Shown: piece by piece, positions 18,374-28,185 of the stretch
How the letters are laid out: every line of letters begins with the position of its first letter
How positions within the stretch are numbered: the stretch's first letter is position 1
Sequence record: MT446420.1
Reading direction: 5' to 3' (one strand)
Length of the DNA stretch: 64,000 nucleotides
From: Escherichia virus TH54
Notes under the pieces: generated by a model
What the model saw: the letters and a program-made list of their open reading frames with translations, nothing else
The model's database searches: none
Told to the model about the DNA's origin: nothing
Position numbers and translations under genes: made by a program

Positions 18374-18916
18374 TTAATCCACCGTTTTTAATAGGCCTCG
18401 TGATTTTAAGTAGTTAGCTTTTTCTAGGACTTGTGAAGCATACTTATTACCAGCTTTCACATTCCACCCTGCGTTATATGATGATAGTGTTTTCCTTATA
18501 TCCCCCTTATGAATATCCAACCAGTATGAAAGCTCAATGTAAGCCCAGCGTGCACTGTTCTCTCTCTTGCTTATCATCTTGATTATTTCTTTATCTGTCA
18601 TTGTCCACCCAACCTGTTTCACGCGTTCGCGCACGGTTGGAAGATAATTTTGGAATATACCATATGCATGGTGCTTATCTTTATTTAATCCAGTATTAAT
18701 CCCAGCAGAACTCTCCTGCCAGGTTAAACCAGCCATGATATATCCCAAACCATTATGTTGGTGCGGATTTTCTTTGTACTTACCATTTTTCTGGAACTGT
18801 TCTCCAAACGCATAAGCATATTGAAGGTTTTCCATTTGTTCATTACTGAAAGTAGGCTCTACGCTATGGGCAGACATACTAACTGTCAATAGTAAGGTGG
18901 CGATTACTTTTTTCAT
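18374..18916 (-). CDS. secreted protein with weak lytic-transglycosylase-like motifs
   Basis: signal peptide MKKVIATLLLTVSMSAHS; QES...GIFQ...YNAG. Confidence 0.55.
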   Translation of the reverse strand: MKKVIATLLLTVSMSAHSVEPTFSNEQMENLQYAYAFGEQFQKNGKYKENPHQHNGLGYIMAGLTWQESSAGINTGLNKDKHHAYGIFQNYLPTVRERVKQVGWTMTDKEIIKMISKRENSARWAYIELSYWLDIHKGDIRKTLSSYNAGWNVKAGNKYASQVLEKANYLKSRGLLKTVD

Positions 18917-18926
18917 GAATTCCCCA

Positions 18927-19385
18927 TTAGATATAAATCACTTTTGTGCTAATTTTTCCTTCCAGACGATTAGAGTTAACAAACGCCATACGGCAACACA
19001 TGGTTGGAGACTTCCCAGGAATAGCGGGGTTAACTGTCATTCCTAACCATAGGTTCTTGTCCGTGATTTCCAGACGAAGTGGACGGTAGTTCACATTCGG
19101 GTCAATTTGTGCTTCAACTTCCGGGAGTGGTTTCATCTCCAAGAATTCAACGATTTCTTTTACATGTGGTGTGATTTTTCCAAACAAGTCAAAAACATAT
19201 TGTTCATCAATTTCACGCTGGATTGCACGGTCCAATAGGTGTGGACTGTACTTAATGAAGAATGCTTCAAGGCCTGCTTCTTTACAAGCCTTGTTGATAG
19301 CATTATTAATTTTGAGGAACTCCGTTTCAAAAATGCGACGAAGTTTATTGCGGCGAATGTAAACACTTGAATCGATAGTAGTCAT
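18927..19385 (-). CDS. regB: sequence-specific endoribonuclease RegB
   Basis: 152 aa; VYIRRNKLRR...HLLDRAIQREIDE matches remembered T4 RegB. Confidence 0.9.
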   Translation of the reverse strand: MTTIDSSVYIRRNKLRRIFETEFLKINNAINKACKEAGLEAFFIKYSPHLLDRAIQREIDEQYVFDLFGKITPHVKEIVEFLEMKPLPEVEAQIDPNVNYRPLRLEITDKNLWLGMTVNPAIPGKSPTMCCRMAFVNSNRLEGKISTKVIYI

Positions 19386-19441
19386 GATTATCTCCTTTTG
19401 TTTGATGGGATAATCATAACTCATTTCAATCTGCTTGTACA
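19386..19441 (-). promoter_or_regulatory. early promoter-like cassette upstream of regB
   Basis: GTGTACA...conserved leader. Confidence 0.45.
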
Positions 19442-20021
<580 letters not shown>

Positions 20022-20025
<4 letters not shown>

Positions 20026-20255
20026 TTCACTTCCTCGCCAGTTGCGATATCATATTCCACCAAACGAATGCCGTCAGTCCAACCTTGCACGGAGATATAA
20101 GTAGTTGGATAAATCATTTCTTTACCATTCCACTGACCACCGTCCCAGCATTCCAGAAAGTCTTGTTCACCTGGTCCATTAAACCATTCAACAAATCTCT
20201 TCAAAGCTGCATCAGAACCTTCAATTGTCAATTTAGACATATTTTTTCCAGTCAC
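20022..20255 (-). CDS. hypothetical protein, 77 aa
   Basis: ORF track. Confidence 0.5.
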
Positions 20256-20532
20256 TAATTAATCGCACATCCTGGTCATACGTCAGGAGGCTACGAGTTA
20301 TAATACCCTTACATGGTCCAGAAATAAATTCCAGGGTAAAGTAAGGAACCAACTTCATCAAGCGAATACTCGGAGCAGTGCAACGAAATCTGGACCCAAT
20401 AAAAGGTCCAGACAAAAACACATACTCAAAGAAATTTGCTTTATTAAAGATTTCAAAATTCTTTACGAAATCTTCTGACCTAACCTTTGGAATAAAATAG
20501 ATTTGGTCAAAAAGCTCTTCATGGGTCATCAT
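20233..20532 (-). CDS. hypothetical protein, 99 aa
   Basis: ORF track. Confidence 0.5.
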   Translation of the reverse strand: MMTHEELFDQIYFIPKVRSEDFVKNFEIFNKANFFEYVFLSGPFIGSRFRCTAPSIRLMKLVPYFTLEFISGPCKGIITRSLLTYDQDVRLISDWKKYV

Positions 20533-21074
20533 TGCATTCCTATCACAAAGAACAGTGGACGTGTGGTTTGATTGGTTTCTTCACATGATGCACGACAGCA
20601 ATGTTGCACCACCTTTATATGGGCATCGTAAATTTTATCCATATCCGGTGTTTTAATAGGTTCATCAATTATATACAGAATACGTGAAAGTGATAATCCA
20701 CGGAATTTGCATGCAGTATTACCAATAAAACTACGAACAGAATCAGTGTACAAACGATACTTAATACTTTCTGTATGGTTATTAAAATATTCCTTTCTGA
20801 TTGCAGTAGCCGAAACATTAGCATATGCCGTGTTATTAGACAAAATAACAATAGAACCGCCATCAGCTAACCATTCCGTAGCAAAAATGGATACCGCTTT
20901 AGTTTTACCGGATTGGCGCCCGCCATCAAGTTTTAAGGTGCAGCATTCTTTAAACAGGGTTTGTGAATCGGGTACATAAAACCCACTATTACAAATGTGT
21001 TCTACTCTAGCATCAGAATGGTTTGCAAAAGCATTCATCAGGGATAGATAACTACCGGTTAAAAACGTTTTCAT
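20529..21074 (-). CDS. P-loop NTPase-like protein
   Basis: Walker A GGRQSGKT. Confidence 0.6.
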   Translation of the reverse strand: MKTFLTGSYLSLMNAFANHSDARVEHICNSGFYVPDSQTLFKECCTLKLDGGRQSGKTKAVSIFATEWLADGGSIVILSNNTAYANVSATAIRKEYFNNHTESIKYRLYTDSVRSFIGNTACKFRGLSLSRILYIIDEPIKTPDMDKIYDAHIKVVQHCCRASCEETNQTTRPLFFVIGMQ

Positions 21075-21238
21075 AATTGTCTCTTTTTAAGTTGTGGGCC
21101 GTTCCTTGGCACATTAATTCATCCATGTATCCGAATGTAAACCCCTTACCGCACTCGGGCTCGACCTTATTACAGGTAGGGAAAGGTCCATCACTCAGAG
21201 GACGCGACGTTCATGAGGAGAGGGTCGGTTTGCCTTTA

Positions 21239-21538
21239 TTAAAAAGAACCAGAGCCTTTAATTGTGTTCTGGCGACCTTTATTTTCTAATTCAGAATGGT
21301 CGATTTCGTATGCTTGTGCTACACCAAAGGCCTTTTTAACTTTAGCTAAAGAACCTTTAGATGTAACAATATTAAAAGTATTACCTTTAGTAAAATCAAC
21401 CAAATCCACTTGTACACCCTGTTTACCGAGGCTTGCTACAATAGCATCAACATATTGTTGGTCTAAATTACCCTGAACCCCAATTTGAAATGCTTTAGGA
21501 GCTTTGACTTCAGTAATAAATTCTTGATAAGTTTTCAT
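21239..21538 (-). CDS. internal-protein-like, capsid targeting sequence MKTYQEFITE
   Basis: T4 IP-type CTS at N-terminus. Confidence 0.8.
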   Translation of the reverse strand: MKTYQEFITEVKAPKAFQIGVQGNLDQQYVDAIVASLGKQGVQVDLVDFTKGNTFNIVTSKGSLAKVKKAFGVAQAYEIDHSELENKGRQNTIKGSGSF

Positions 21539-21594
21539 TTATTCGCTCCAAGTTGATAGGATAATTATACACTATCCCATCATAAAGTAAACAG
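21539..21594 (-). promoter_or_regulatory. early promoter-like cassette (GTTTAC, TATAAT inside palindrome)
   Basis: GTTTAC...GGGATAGTG-TATAAT-TATCCC. Confidence 0.5.
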
Positions 21595-21858
21595 TTATGC
21601 TTTACCGCCAGAAACAATACCAAAGGTCTCAAAGTCCCATTCAATATCGTCAACATCAACTTTCTTACCAGCAACCACGAATGCGATTTCGCGACGTTTT
21701 GCATAGGTGACAATTTCTTTACCATCACCACCAAAGAAAGAATAACCATTGCGCTTCATGGTGCCAAAGTCTTCAGCATCACCGGCGAAGGCGCGGACTT
21801 TAAAAGCACCGGTAGGAGCTTTAGCAGATTCAGTAATAAATTCTTGATAAGTTTTCAT
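21595..21858 (-). CDS. internal-protein-like, CTS MKTYQEFITE
   Basis: CTS; paralog of 34932..35231. Confidence 0.8.
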   Translation of the reverse strand: MKTYQEFITESAKAPTGAFKVRAFAGDAEDFGTMKRNGYSFFGGDGKEIVTYAKRREIAFVVAGKKVDVDDIEWDFETFGIVSGGKA

Positions 21859-21871
21859 AATGTCTCTTTAA

Positions 21872-22186
21872 TTACTCTTTAGGGAAATCACGCAAAAATG
21901 CATCATAAAGTTTATTACCAATGCGACGGAATGCTTTTGCCGCATGAACGTTATCCGGATTTGCAATTTTAATCTGCATTACATGACTACCAGCCCATGA
22001 TTTGGCTTCATCATAATAGCCTTTAATTTCTTTAATAGTCTTACGTTTTCCACCAGGGCCATCAACAGTAATTTTCCACGAACCCGTGCTCGTTTCACTT
22101 GGTGGGGTTAATTGTTCAATCCAGACATAACCACCTTCAACACGTTTTTGGGTAGATTCAGTAATAAATTCTTGATAAGTTTTCAT
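21872..22186 (-). CDS. internal-protein-like, CTS MKTYQEFITE (start trimmed)
   Basis: CTS. Confidence 0.75.
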   Translation of the reverse strand: MKTYQEFITESTQKRVEGGYVWIEQLTPPSETSTGSWKITVDGPGGKRKTIKEIKGYYDEAKSWAGSHVMQIKIANPDNVHAAKAFRRIGNKLYDAFLRDFPKE

Positions 22187-22234
22187 TTTATATTCCATTG
22201 TTTGGTTGATAAAATCATTATACAACCTTTTTAG

Positions 22235-22651
22235 TTAAGCGTACACAGCTTTCCCATAGTATTTGTACCAGGTAGGCTTTTGAGAAATTTTCTCATTCAG
22301 TCTGGCTTGACTGATTTCAATTGACCAGATTGATGGTTGATAATCATTTTTCCATTCATCAGGAATATCACTTAAATCTTGGGTAGAAATATCTTTTATG
22401 TTAAACCCTCGCTTTAAACATTCTGCAATAAGTTCTTGATGACGGTTTTTAAGGAACAAAAGTTTATCATAAAAGAAGGTAACATGACCAGTCCCTAAAA
22501 GAAAAGATGATGGGATTTTAAAGTCAGAAACCTTTTTACCATTTTGCACATGCTTACGAACAGCACCAAACACGCGAGGAAGTTCACGATATTCAGCCAT
22601 AAGATGTTGGTCAGCGAGTTCAGATACCAGGGTTAAATTAATGCGAGTCAT
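22235..22651 (-). CDS. denV: endonuclease V (pyrimidine dimer DNA glycosylase)
   Basis: 138 aa, near-identical to remembered T4 DenV. Confidence 0.95.
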   Translation of the reverse strand: MTRINLTLVSELADQHLMAEYRELPRVFGAVRKHVQNGKKVSDFKIPSSFLLGTGHVTFFYDKLLFLKNRHQELIAECLKRGFNIKDISTQDLSDIPDEWKNDYQPSIWSIEISQARLNEKISQKPTWYKYYGKAVYA

Positions 22652-22706
22652 GTTTGTTCTCCGTAGTTGATAGGGTCATTATAACCCTATCATTTGGAGA
22701 TGTACA
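22652..22706 (-). promoter_or_regulatory. early promoter-like cassette
   Basis: GTGTACA...ATAGGGT-TATAAT-GACCCTAT. Confidence 0.5.
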
Positions 22707-23195
22707 CTAATATGCGTCAAAAGTTCCGGTACGGAACGTTTCTATAACTCGTTTGGCTCGGTTCGGAGTCTGGACTTTATACCATCTCGAGTCGGCCAGT
22801 TCCTTAGCGGCGGCTTCCCACGATTTGGCCTTCAACAATCGCATACCCTTAGGAAAACCAGCTACCCCTGCAACACCCATCTGGAATACCATATTAATGA
22901 GTGCACAACGACGAACTTCATCCAGTACATCATAAACAGGTTTTAAGACAGGATGCCTCAAGATTCCGGCTTTAGCTTTTTCGACCGAACGGTTAAACAA
23001 TGTTTCAGCTTCGTGCTGGGTTATGCGACCATTGCAAACGCGACCCATGAGCTTATCGAGTTCGGCACGAGCAACATCTTTTGATGGGTTCTTAGTTATC
23101 AGTTGCCCGATACCAATGGTCCAATAGCCTTCAGTATCTTTATACAAATCCAACTTACAACCTTCATCTATGCGTAACATTTCGAATATATTCAT
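22707..23195 (-). CDS. e: endolysin (T4 lysozyme)
   Basis: [12 protein letters not shown]...[11 protein letters not shown] matches remembered T4 lysozyme. Confidence 0.96.
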   Translation of the reverse strand: MNIFEMLRIDEGCKLDLYKDTEGYWTIGIGQLITKNPSKDVARAELDKLMGRVCNGRITQHEAETLFNRSVEKAKAGILRHPVLKPVYDVLDEVRRCALINMVFQMGVAGVAGFPKGMRLLKAKSWEAAAKELADSRWYKVQTPNRAKRVIETFRTGTFDAY

Positions 23196-23222
23196 AATAC
23201 CCCCTTTATATAGGGGTATTTA

Positions 23223-23681
23223 TTATCCGAAAATTTGAGTCATTACCTTGTACATCGATTTACCCATCACATACTGCCATTGACTCGGTTTAATCAAAGC
23301 AAATGCATCGAACTCTGGGACTGTACTACCATCCGGGAAGGTATGATAGGCAGAGCATTTACTATGTCTGAACTGCTCATGCTCGACCGGAACCGTGTAC
23401 AGAAACAGGTGAAGATTTTTGTTATCTGAATAGCGGAATTCACCCAGGTCCTTTAAGAATGCTGGGTCATATTGGGTAAACCCGGTTTCTTCTTCGGTTT
23501 CACGGATAGCAGCTTCAATCGGGGATTCATCAGCTTCAACATGACCCTTAGGGATGTCCCATTTGTGTGCAGGCATACCTGGTTTACGAGAACCGGTCAC
23601 ACGACCCATGAATAACTCTTTATCTTCAGTCATGAAAATAATGCCAGCAGATAATTCTTTCACCTTGTTTTTCTTACTCAT
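23223..23681 (-). CDS. nudE: Nudix hydrolase
   Basis: Nudix box GHVEADESPIEAAIRETEEETG. Confidence 0.85.
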   Translation of the reverse strand: MSKKNKVKELSAGIIFMTEDKELFMGRVTGSRKPGMPAHKWDIPKGHVEADESPIEAAIRETEEETGFTQYDPAFLKDLGEFRYSDNKNLHLFLYTVPVEHEQFRHSKCSAYHTFPDGSTVPEFDAFALIKPSQWQYVMGKSMYKVMTQIFG

Positions 23682-23910
23682 CGTCACGTTCCCAGGATTG
23701 GTTAAAAATATCACTCATTAAAAATTCAAGTCTATTTTCCAATGAAGGGGATTCACTATCAGAAATTTGAATTCTGTATTCAGAAATAGGGCGGAACATA
23801 TCCAAGTCAGTTTCTAAATCATCTTTGATTTTCTCTTCTGATGTACCTGTATCATAGGAATACAGATAAGAATCACACGACTCAGATTTAATATAAATTG
23901 CAATACTCAT
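23674..23910 (-). CDS. hypothetical acidic protein, 78 aa
   Basis: ORF track. Confidence 0.5.
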   Translation of the reverse strand: MSIAIYIKSESCDSYLYSYDTGTSEEKIKDDLETDLDMFRPISEYRIQISDSESPSLENRLEFLMSDIFNQSWERDDE

Positions 23911-24494
23911 TTACGGCATTCCTCAATAAAAGAGTTCAATGTATTTTTCTTGGCGATATCGTCGTATACCTTTTTAACTTTAGAAATACGAAAAGGTACT
24001 TCAATAACCATAGTCCATAAAAGTGATGCAATAAGTCCAACAGCAGCAGAAGAAATGCACGCGCCCATTACAGCTACAGGTGCTTCATTTTTACCTGTCA
24101 GGAAAAACCACAGGATTGGTAAAAATAAGATTCCAGCCCATGCATAAAACCTGGAACAAATTAACTTATCAAATTCATCTTTCCAGGTACGAAATCCATA
24201 TTTCTTGCTATAAGAAATTAATGGGTCTGGTGTCTGTTCTTTGAGTGGTTCTGGTTGATGCCCATTAATGATGTATCCCATTTTATATTCCTTAATTAAA
24301 AGCTCTTTCATATGACGATTGCATCGCGACCAATCAACATTTTCAACCTTGATTCCTTCATCACCATCATCAAGGTTCGCCCAATATTTTTTGGCAATCA
24401 TAAATTCGTCTCTTGATACAATTATACCTGTATTTTCTGGGCGACGGATGAAGTTTACATCAACACCCATACACCCAGGTTCATAAAGGGCCAT
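23907..24494 (-). CDS. membrane protein with C-terminal FIEECRK tail
   Basis: TM helices; tail shared with 27832..29060 proteins. Confidence 0.6.
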   Translation of the reverse strand: MALYEPGCMGVDVNFIRRPENTGIIVSRDEFMIAKKYWANLDDGDEGIKVENVDWSRCNRHMKELLIKEYKMGYIINGHQPEPLKEQTPDPLISYSKKYGFRTWKDEFDKLICSRFYAWAGILFLPILWFFLTGKNEAPVAVMGACISSAAVGLIASLLWTMVIEVPFRISKVKKVYDDIAKKNTLNSFIEECRK

Positions 24495-25183
24495 TACCAG
24501 CCCTCCATGGGGAATTCCAGATATACTTGAGCATTAACGCGGATTTCATTGGTAACTTTATTAACACGGTCAGTTTTACGAGATACGCGACCAAACCAGC
24601 GCCAACCGTTACTAACTGTTTTTGTTCCAGTATGCCAGGTCTGCCAGTTGAATTCACATAATGTGCGGTCAGGAGCTTCTTGAACTAAAAGTTCACCCGC
24701 CTTGATTTTTTCCAGAACTTCCTGGTGCCACTGGCGATAGATAAGTTCGCCATCAGGAATCTGACTGAATTCTGCAGTTCCAAGAGCAAAATTAGTAGGG
24801 CAAACAGAAGCGTTAACCAGACCCAGGATGTGTTCAGAATGGTAACGAGGGTTATCATAATCAGGTTGTCCTGCTGTAATAAAATGTTGTCCTGCTGGAA
24901 TATCTGGTCGCGGTACGTCATCATGGTGATATCCAGGGATAGCAGGATACCAACCAGGCATTAACATGTGTACACGGGAATCAAATACAATATCAGGGCC
25001 ACATTGCCAATCTTCAGGCAGGTTTTCAATAAAGCTACGAGTAATAGGACCGCCATGCTTATGCGCAAATTCTGGATAGCAGTTAAAGAACATGGGCTCA
25101 TTTTTAATCATATCATTACTGATATCTTGAGCAAATTGACCAACTTCACGCATTTGACTATTAAAAGTTTTTGGACTGTTCAT
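24494..25183 (-). CDS. hypothetical protein, 229 aa
   Basis: ORF track. Confidence 0.65.
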   Translation of the reverse strand: MNSPKTFNSQMREVGQFAQDISNDMIKNEPMFFNCYPEFAHKHGGPITRSFIENLPEDWQCGPDIVFDSRVHMLMPGWYPAIPGYHHDDVPRPDIPAGQHFITAGQPDYDNPRYHSEHILGLVNASVCPTNFALGTAEFSQIPDGELIYRQWHQEVLEKIKAGELLVQEAPDRTLCEFNWQTWHTGTKTVSNGWRWFGRVSRKTDRVNKVTNEIRVNAQVYLEFPMEGW

Positions 25184-25242
25184 AATATTTTCCTCATTGA
25201 TTGTGGGACCATTGTGTCATGGTCCCACTTGGATGTACACAA

Positions 25243-26202
25243 TTATTTTTCGAAAGGACGAATTAAATGTTGGTTAGCCTTAAAGCGTTTAACATAGTCT
25301 TCATGACCCAGTGTGTTATACATATTAACCACGTCCTGATAATGTTCCCAGGCATACTCACGGAACCATCCAGAAGTAATGGAGGTGCAGACTTTTTCCA
25401 GCGCAATATGGAAGCTCATGGATGGAGAGATATTGAACTCATTAGGAACCTGCGAACGTTCCAGAGCGAGCACACATGCTTCTTCATAAACCCCTGCCAG
25501 TTTAATAACATCAGGCAGTGCTTCAAATTTTTCACGTGAGGTCATGACTTCTGAATCATCCTTCATATAGAACTTATATGCAGGCTTATCAGCAAGCGCC
25601 ACAGCCTCGTGGATGGAGTCATGGTCAAGGGTATAGATTGTATCATTAAAGAAAGTTTTCTTGCCCACATCTAGTTTAGGGTGACTGTATGACAGTGTTT
25701 CTGCCTGACGCTGCAGCATGATTTTCTGCAGTTCATCATTAAGAACAACACCCTTATTGCGAAGATAATTAATATGACTCATGGTCTTCAGGAAGAATGG
25801 GTTGTTCTTCAGGTAACGATGAGACAATTTAATCGCCAGACAAATATCAGGAGTCGCCCAATAGAAACCTGTAAGACGGTCTTTCTTAATATGATTTTCA
25901 GCGTATTTCAAGAGACGATAACTTGAGGTGAAATCTTCGTCTTGAAGCTCACCAGTAATTTCTCGTACGTTAGTCAGGGCACGGACAATATAAGCTTCAA
26001 AATAGGTTTCTTTGCCATTGTACATACATTTAAAAGCTTGGACATCAGGGTTATCCACAGGAACATGAGCACCGAACATACGTGCTTTAAAGTGGTTCCA
26101 AGAACCCTGGTCAGCGATAAAGTCCCAATCAGAGTTTTCAATTTTCTGACTTTCAATCAGACCAGCGTTATGTAATGCACGAGAACCAATAACTAACATC
26201 AT
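25243..26202 (-). CDS. hypothetical protein, about 320 aa (start trimmed, GAGG RBS)
   Basis: ORF track 25243..26265. Confidence 0.65.
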   Translation of the reverse strand: MMLVIGSRALHNAGLIESQKIENSDWDFIADQGSWNHFKARMFGAHVPVDNPDVQAFKCMYNGKETYFEAYIVRALTNVREITGELQDEDFTSSYRLLKYAENHIKKDRLTGFYWATPDICLAIKLSHRYLKNNPFFLKTMSHINYLRNKGVVLNDELQKIMLQRQAETLSYSHPKLDVGKKTFFNDTIYTLDHDSIHEAVALADKPAYKFYMKDDSEVMTSREKFEALPDVIKLAGVYEEACVLALERSQVPNEFNISPSMSFHIALEKVCTSITSGWFREYAWEHYQDVVNMYNTLGHEDYVKRFKANQHLIRPFEK

Positions 26203-26221
26203 AATATTTTCCTCAGTAAAC

Positions 26222-26461
26222 TTAAATTTCAGCAACGTAATCGTTATGCAATTCCCACATATCATCAGAATTATTCTTAATGATAGGAATTATCTCATTA
26301 GAGATTTCTTCTGCATAAGGGTCATTGATACAGTGAGCATCTTCAAAACGAACACCATAATCAGACTTCTTATAAGAGAAGCCATAAATCTTTTTAAACT
26401 TGGCACGAGTAATGCGTACCGGTTCATTAGACTTATCGGACATCGGAGCGTAATACCACAT
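26222..26461 (-). CDS. hypothetical protein, 79 aa
   Basis: ORF track. Confidence 0.5.
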   Translation of the reverse strand: MWYYAPMSDKSNEPVRITRAKFKKIYGFSYKKSDYGVRFEDAHCINDPYAEEISNEIIPIIKNNSDDMWELHNDYVAEI

Positions 26462-26573
26462 ATATTCTCCTCATATTGTGTAAAGTAATAGTATCGCAGT
26501 TTTTTGGAGTTGTATACTGCTTCTGCAATATTCTAAAAATAATTTATCCTCCTATCACATCCTTGTGATAATT

Positions 26574-26808
26574 TTAGCAGCTACTCGGATACCAGATTTT
26601 ACCATCGGCACGAGCAACGAAGGTACGACCAGCTTCTTCACCATAACAAGAGCTGTTCAACCAGTCTTCAAGACGGACTTCGCCGTCATAATCATCAAGC
26701 TCAACACCAAAATCTTGAGCAGAAGCCATATCTTTTACTTTCTTATACAGTGCAGCCAGTTCAAGGGCAGCTTTTTCTAATTCAGCATGTTCAACAGCAG
26801 TAGTCATT
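26574..26808 (-). CDS. small protein, W-x-SS-C tail family member A (ends KIWYPSSC)
   Basis: tandem paralog; start trimmed. Confidence 0.55.
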
Positions 26809-26817
26809 TTTATTTCC

Positions 26818-27045
26818 TTAGCAAGACATAGAGGAGTTAAACCAGAAACCTTTACCATCTGGGATACCATAATCACCGCGAATCCAGTCATACTCTTCGT
26901 ATTCTGGACAACCCGCAGGAATATATCGTTGAAGACTGTCAGCATACACATGAAAGTATTCACCAGTTTTATCGGCCAGTTGTTCACCTTCACAGATTAG
27001 TGCACGGATTTGGTCTTCAATTTCTTTAACAGTTTTAGCAGTCAT
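26818..27045 (-). CDS. small protein, family member B (ends FWFNSSMSC)
   Basis: tandem paralog. Confidence 0.6.
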   Translation of the reverse strand: MTAKTVKEIEDQIRALICEGEQLADKTGEYFHVYADSLQRYIPAGCPEYEEYDWIRGDYGIPDGKGFWFNSSMSC

Positions 27046-27054
27046 TTTATTTCC

Positions 27055-27252
27055 TTAGCATTCGTAAGAGGAGGACACCCAGGAGCCACCCGTAATTGTA
27101 ATACAGCCATTGTAAATCGTGATATGACGGTCCAGATGGTTTTCACCTTCGATATAGATGTCGGCTTCTTCACGTTCTTCTTTACAAATCTGGATAACGT
27201 TTTCAATAGCTGCCGCGGCAGTACGGATTGCACAATCTAATTCACGAGACAT
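27055..27252 (-). CDS. small protein, family member C (ends GSWVSSSYEC)
   Basis: tandem paralog. Confidence 0.6.
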   Translation of the reverse strand: MSRELDCAIRTAAAAIENVIQICKEEREEADIYIEGENHLDRHITIYNGCITITGGSWVSSSYEC

Positions 27253-27261
27253 AATAATTCC

Positions 27262-27543
27262 TTAACATTCAACAGAAGAGGACACCCAACCACCATTTTC
27301 CAGGTCAGTTGTATAGTCATGAGTATTAACAATAGCCCATTCAGGATGACCATGTTCTTCCCAATGAGCAAGGTCGGCTTTCAAGGCGCCAGGAGAATAA
27401 TAGTCACCGCCCATACCGCGAGCAGGGTATATATTAAAATGAGTCTCATATTTGTCTGCAATTTCCTCGGCACGACGAATAGCTTTATGGATATCATTTA
27501 CTGCGGCCAGAAGCTCTGGTTGGTTATGGTTATCATTCATCAT
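27262..27543 (-). CDS. small protein, family member D (ends GGWVSSSVEC)
   Basis: tandem paralog; start trimmed. Confidence 0.6.
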   Translation of the reverse strand: MMNDNHNQPELLAAVNDIHKAIRRAEEIADKYETHFNIYPARGMGGDYYSPGALKADLAHWEEHGHPEWAIVNTHDYTTDLENGGWVSSSVEC

Positions 27544-27544
27544 A

Positions 27545-27835
27545 TTAGCACACCTCAGAAGAGGAAACCCAGGCACCAACAGTAACAATGCCGTTTTCAA
27601 CTTGCCCGCCGTTGTTTTCAATATGGTGGGCGAACCATTCGGAACATTCATAACCGACTGGGTGATATGTACGGCCGGTGCCGTAATCGCCAGTGCTGAA
27701 TTCGATACCATATTCATCTGCGATTTCTTCACAGTGTTTTTCAATTTCAGAGGTCTTATTTAGAAGAGAATAGATAGCTTTTTCTGCAGATTTCTCATCA
27801 TAATACTTGGGGATAGCAATTTCAATTTTATTCAT
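27545..27835 (-). CDS. small protein, family member E (ends GAWVSSSEVC)
   Basis: tandem paralog. Confidence 0.6.
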   Translation of the reverse strand: MNKIEIAIPKYYDEKSAEKAIYSLLNKTSEIEKHCEEIADEYGIEFSTGDYGTGRTYHPVGYECSEWFAHHIENNGGQVENGIVTVGAWVSSSEVC

Positions 27836-28185
27836 GATTTACATTCCTTAATAAAGGTTTCAAGGTCATTACGTTTTGTTTTGTCTAGAAACTTATTATA
27901 CTCAGCCATTGCCGAAGCATATCTCTTACGACTAGGAGCATTCACGGCGTTTGTGTGACAAATATCATACACAACCGGGATAAAATAAGCCACAATAGCC
28001 GGAGCGATTATCATAAAGAAACCCATCTCAATAGGCATGACTCCCTCGATTGCAGCCATAACCGTGGTCATTACCAGACCAACCAAACCACCAAGCATGG
28101 CGGTGACAATCCCTAATAATAAATTGCCACCAATATCATATTCAGCCAATTGATAAACATGTGAGGCAAGACTAGGCCGTTCCAT
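27832..28185 (-). CDS. membrane protein with C-terminal FIKECKS tail
   Basis: TM helices; start trimmed. Confidence 0.55.
   Translation of the reverse strand: MERPSLASHVYQLAEYDIGGNLLLGIVTAMLGGLVGLVMTTVMAAIEGVMPIEMGFFMIIAPAIVAYFIPVVYDICHTNAVNAPSRKRYASAMAEYNKFLDKTKRNDLETFIKECKS

Noticed and set aside
21077-21289. 70-aa plus-strand ORF
   Set aside because: Overlaps the 3' end of an IP gene and sits in a GC-rich non-coding island; no RBS; wrong strand for this block.
26574-27744. Long track ORFs with 5' extensions (26574..26993, 27262..27744, 37276..38037, 31479..31985, 35521..35886, 21872..22225)
   Set aside because: The extensions overlap the upstream gene or promoter cassette; trimmed to the internal ATG with RBS, or to the conserved CTS start.
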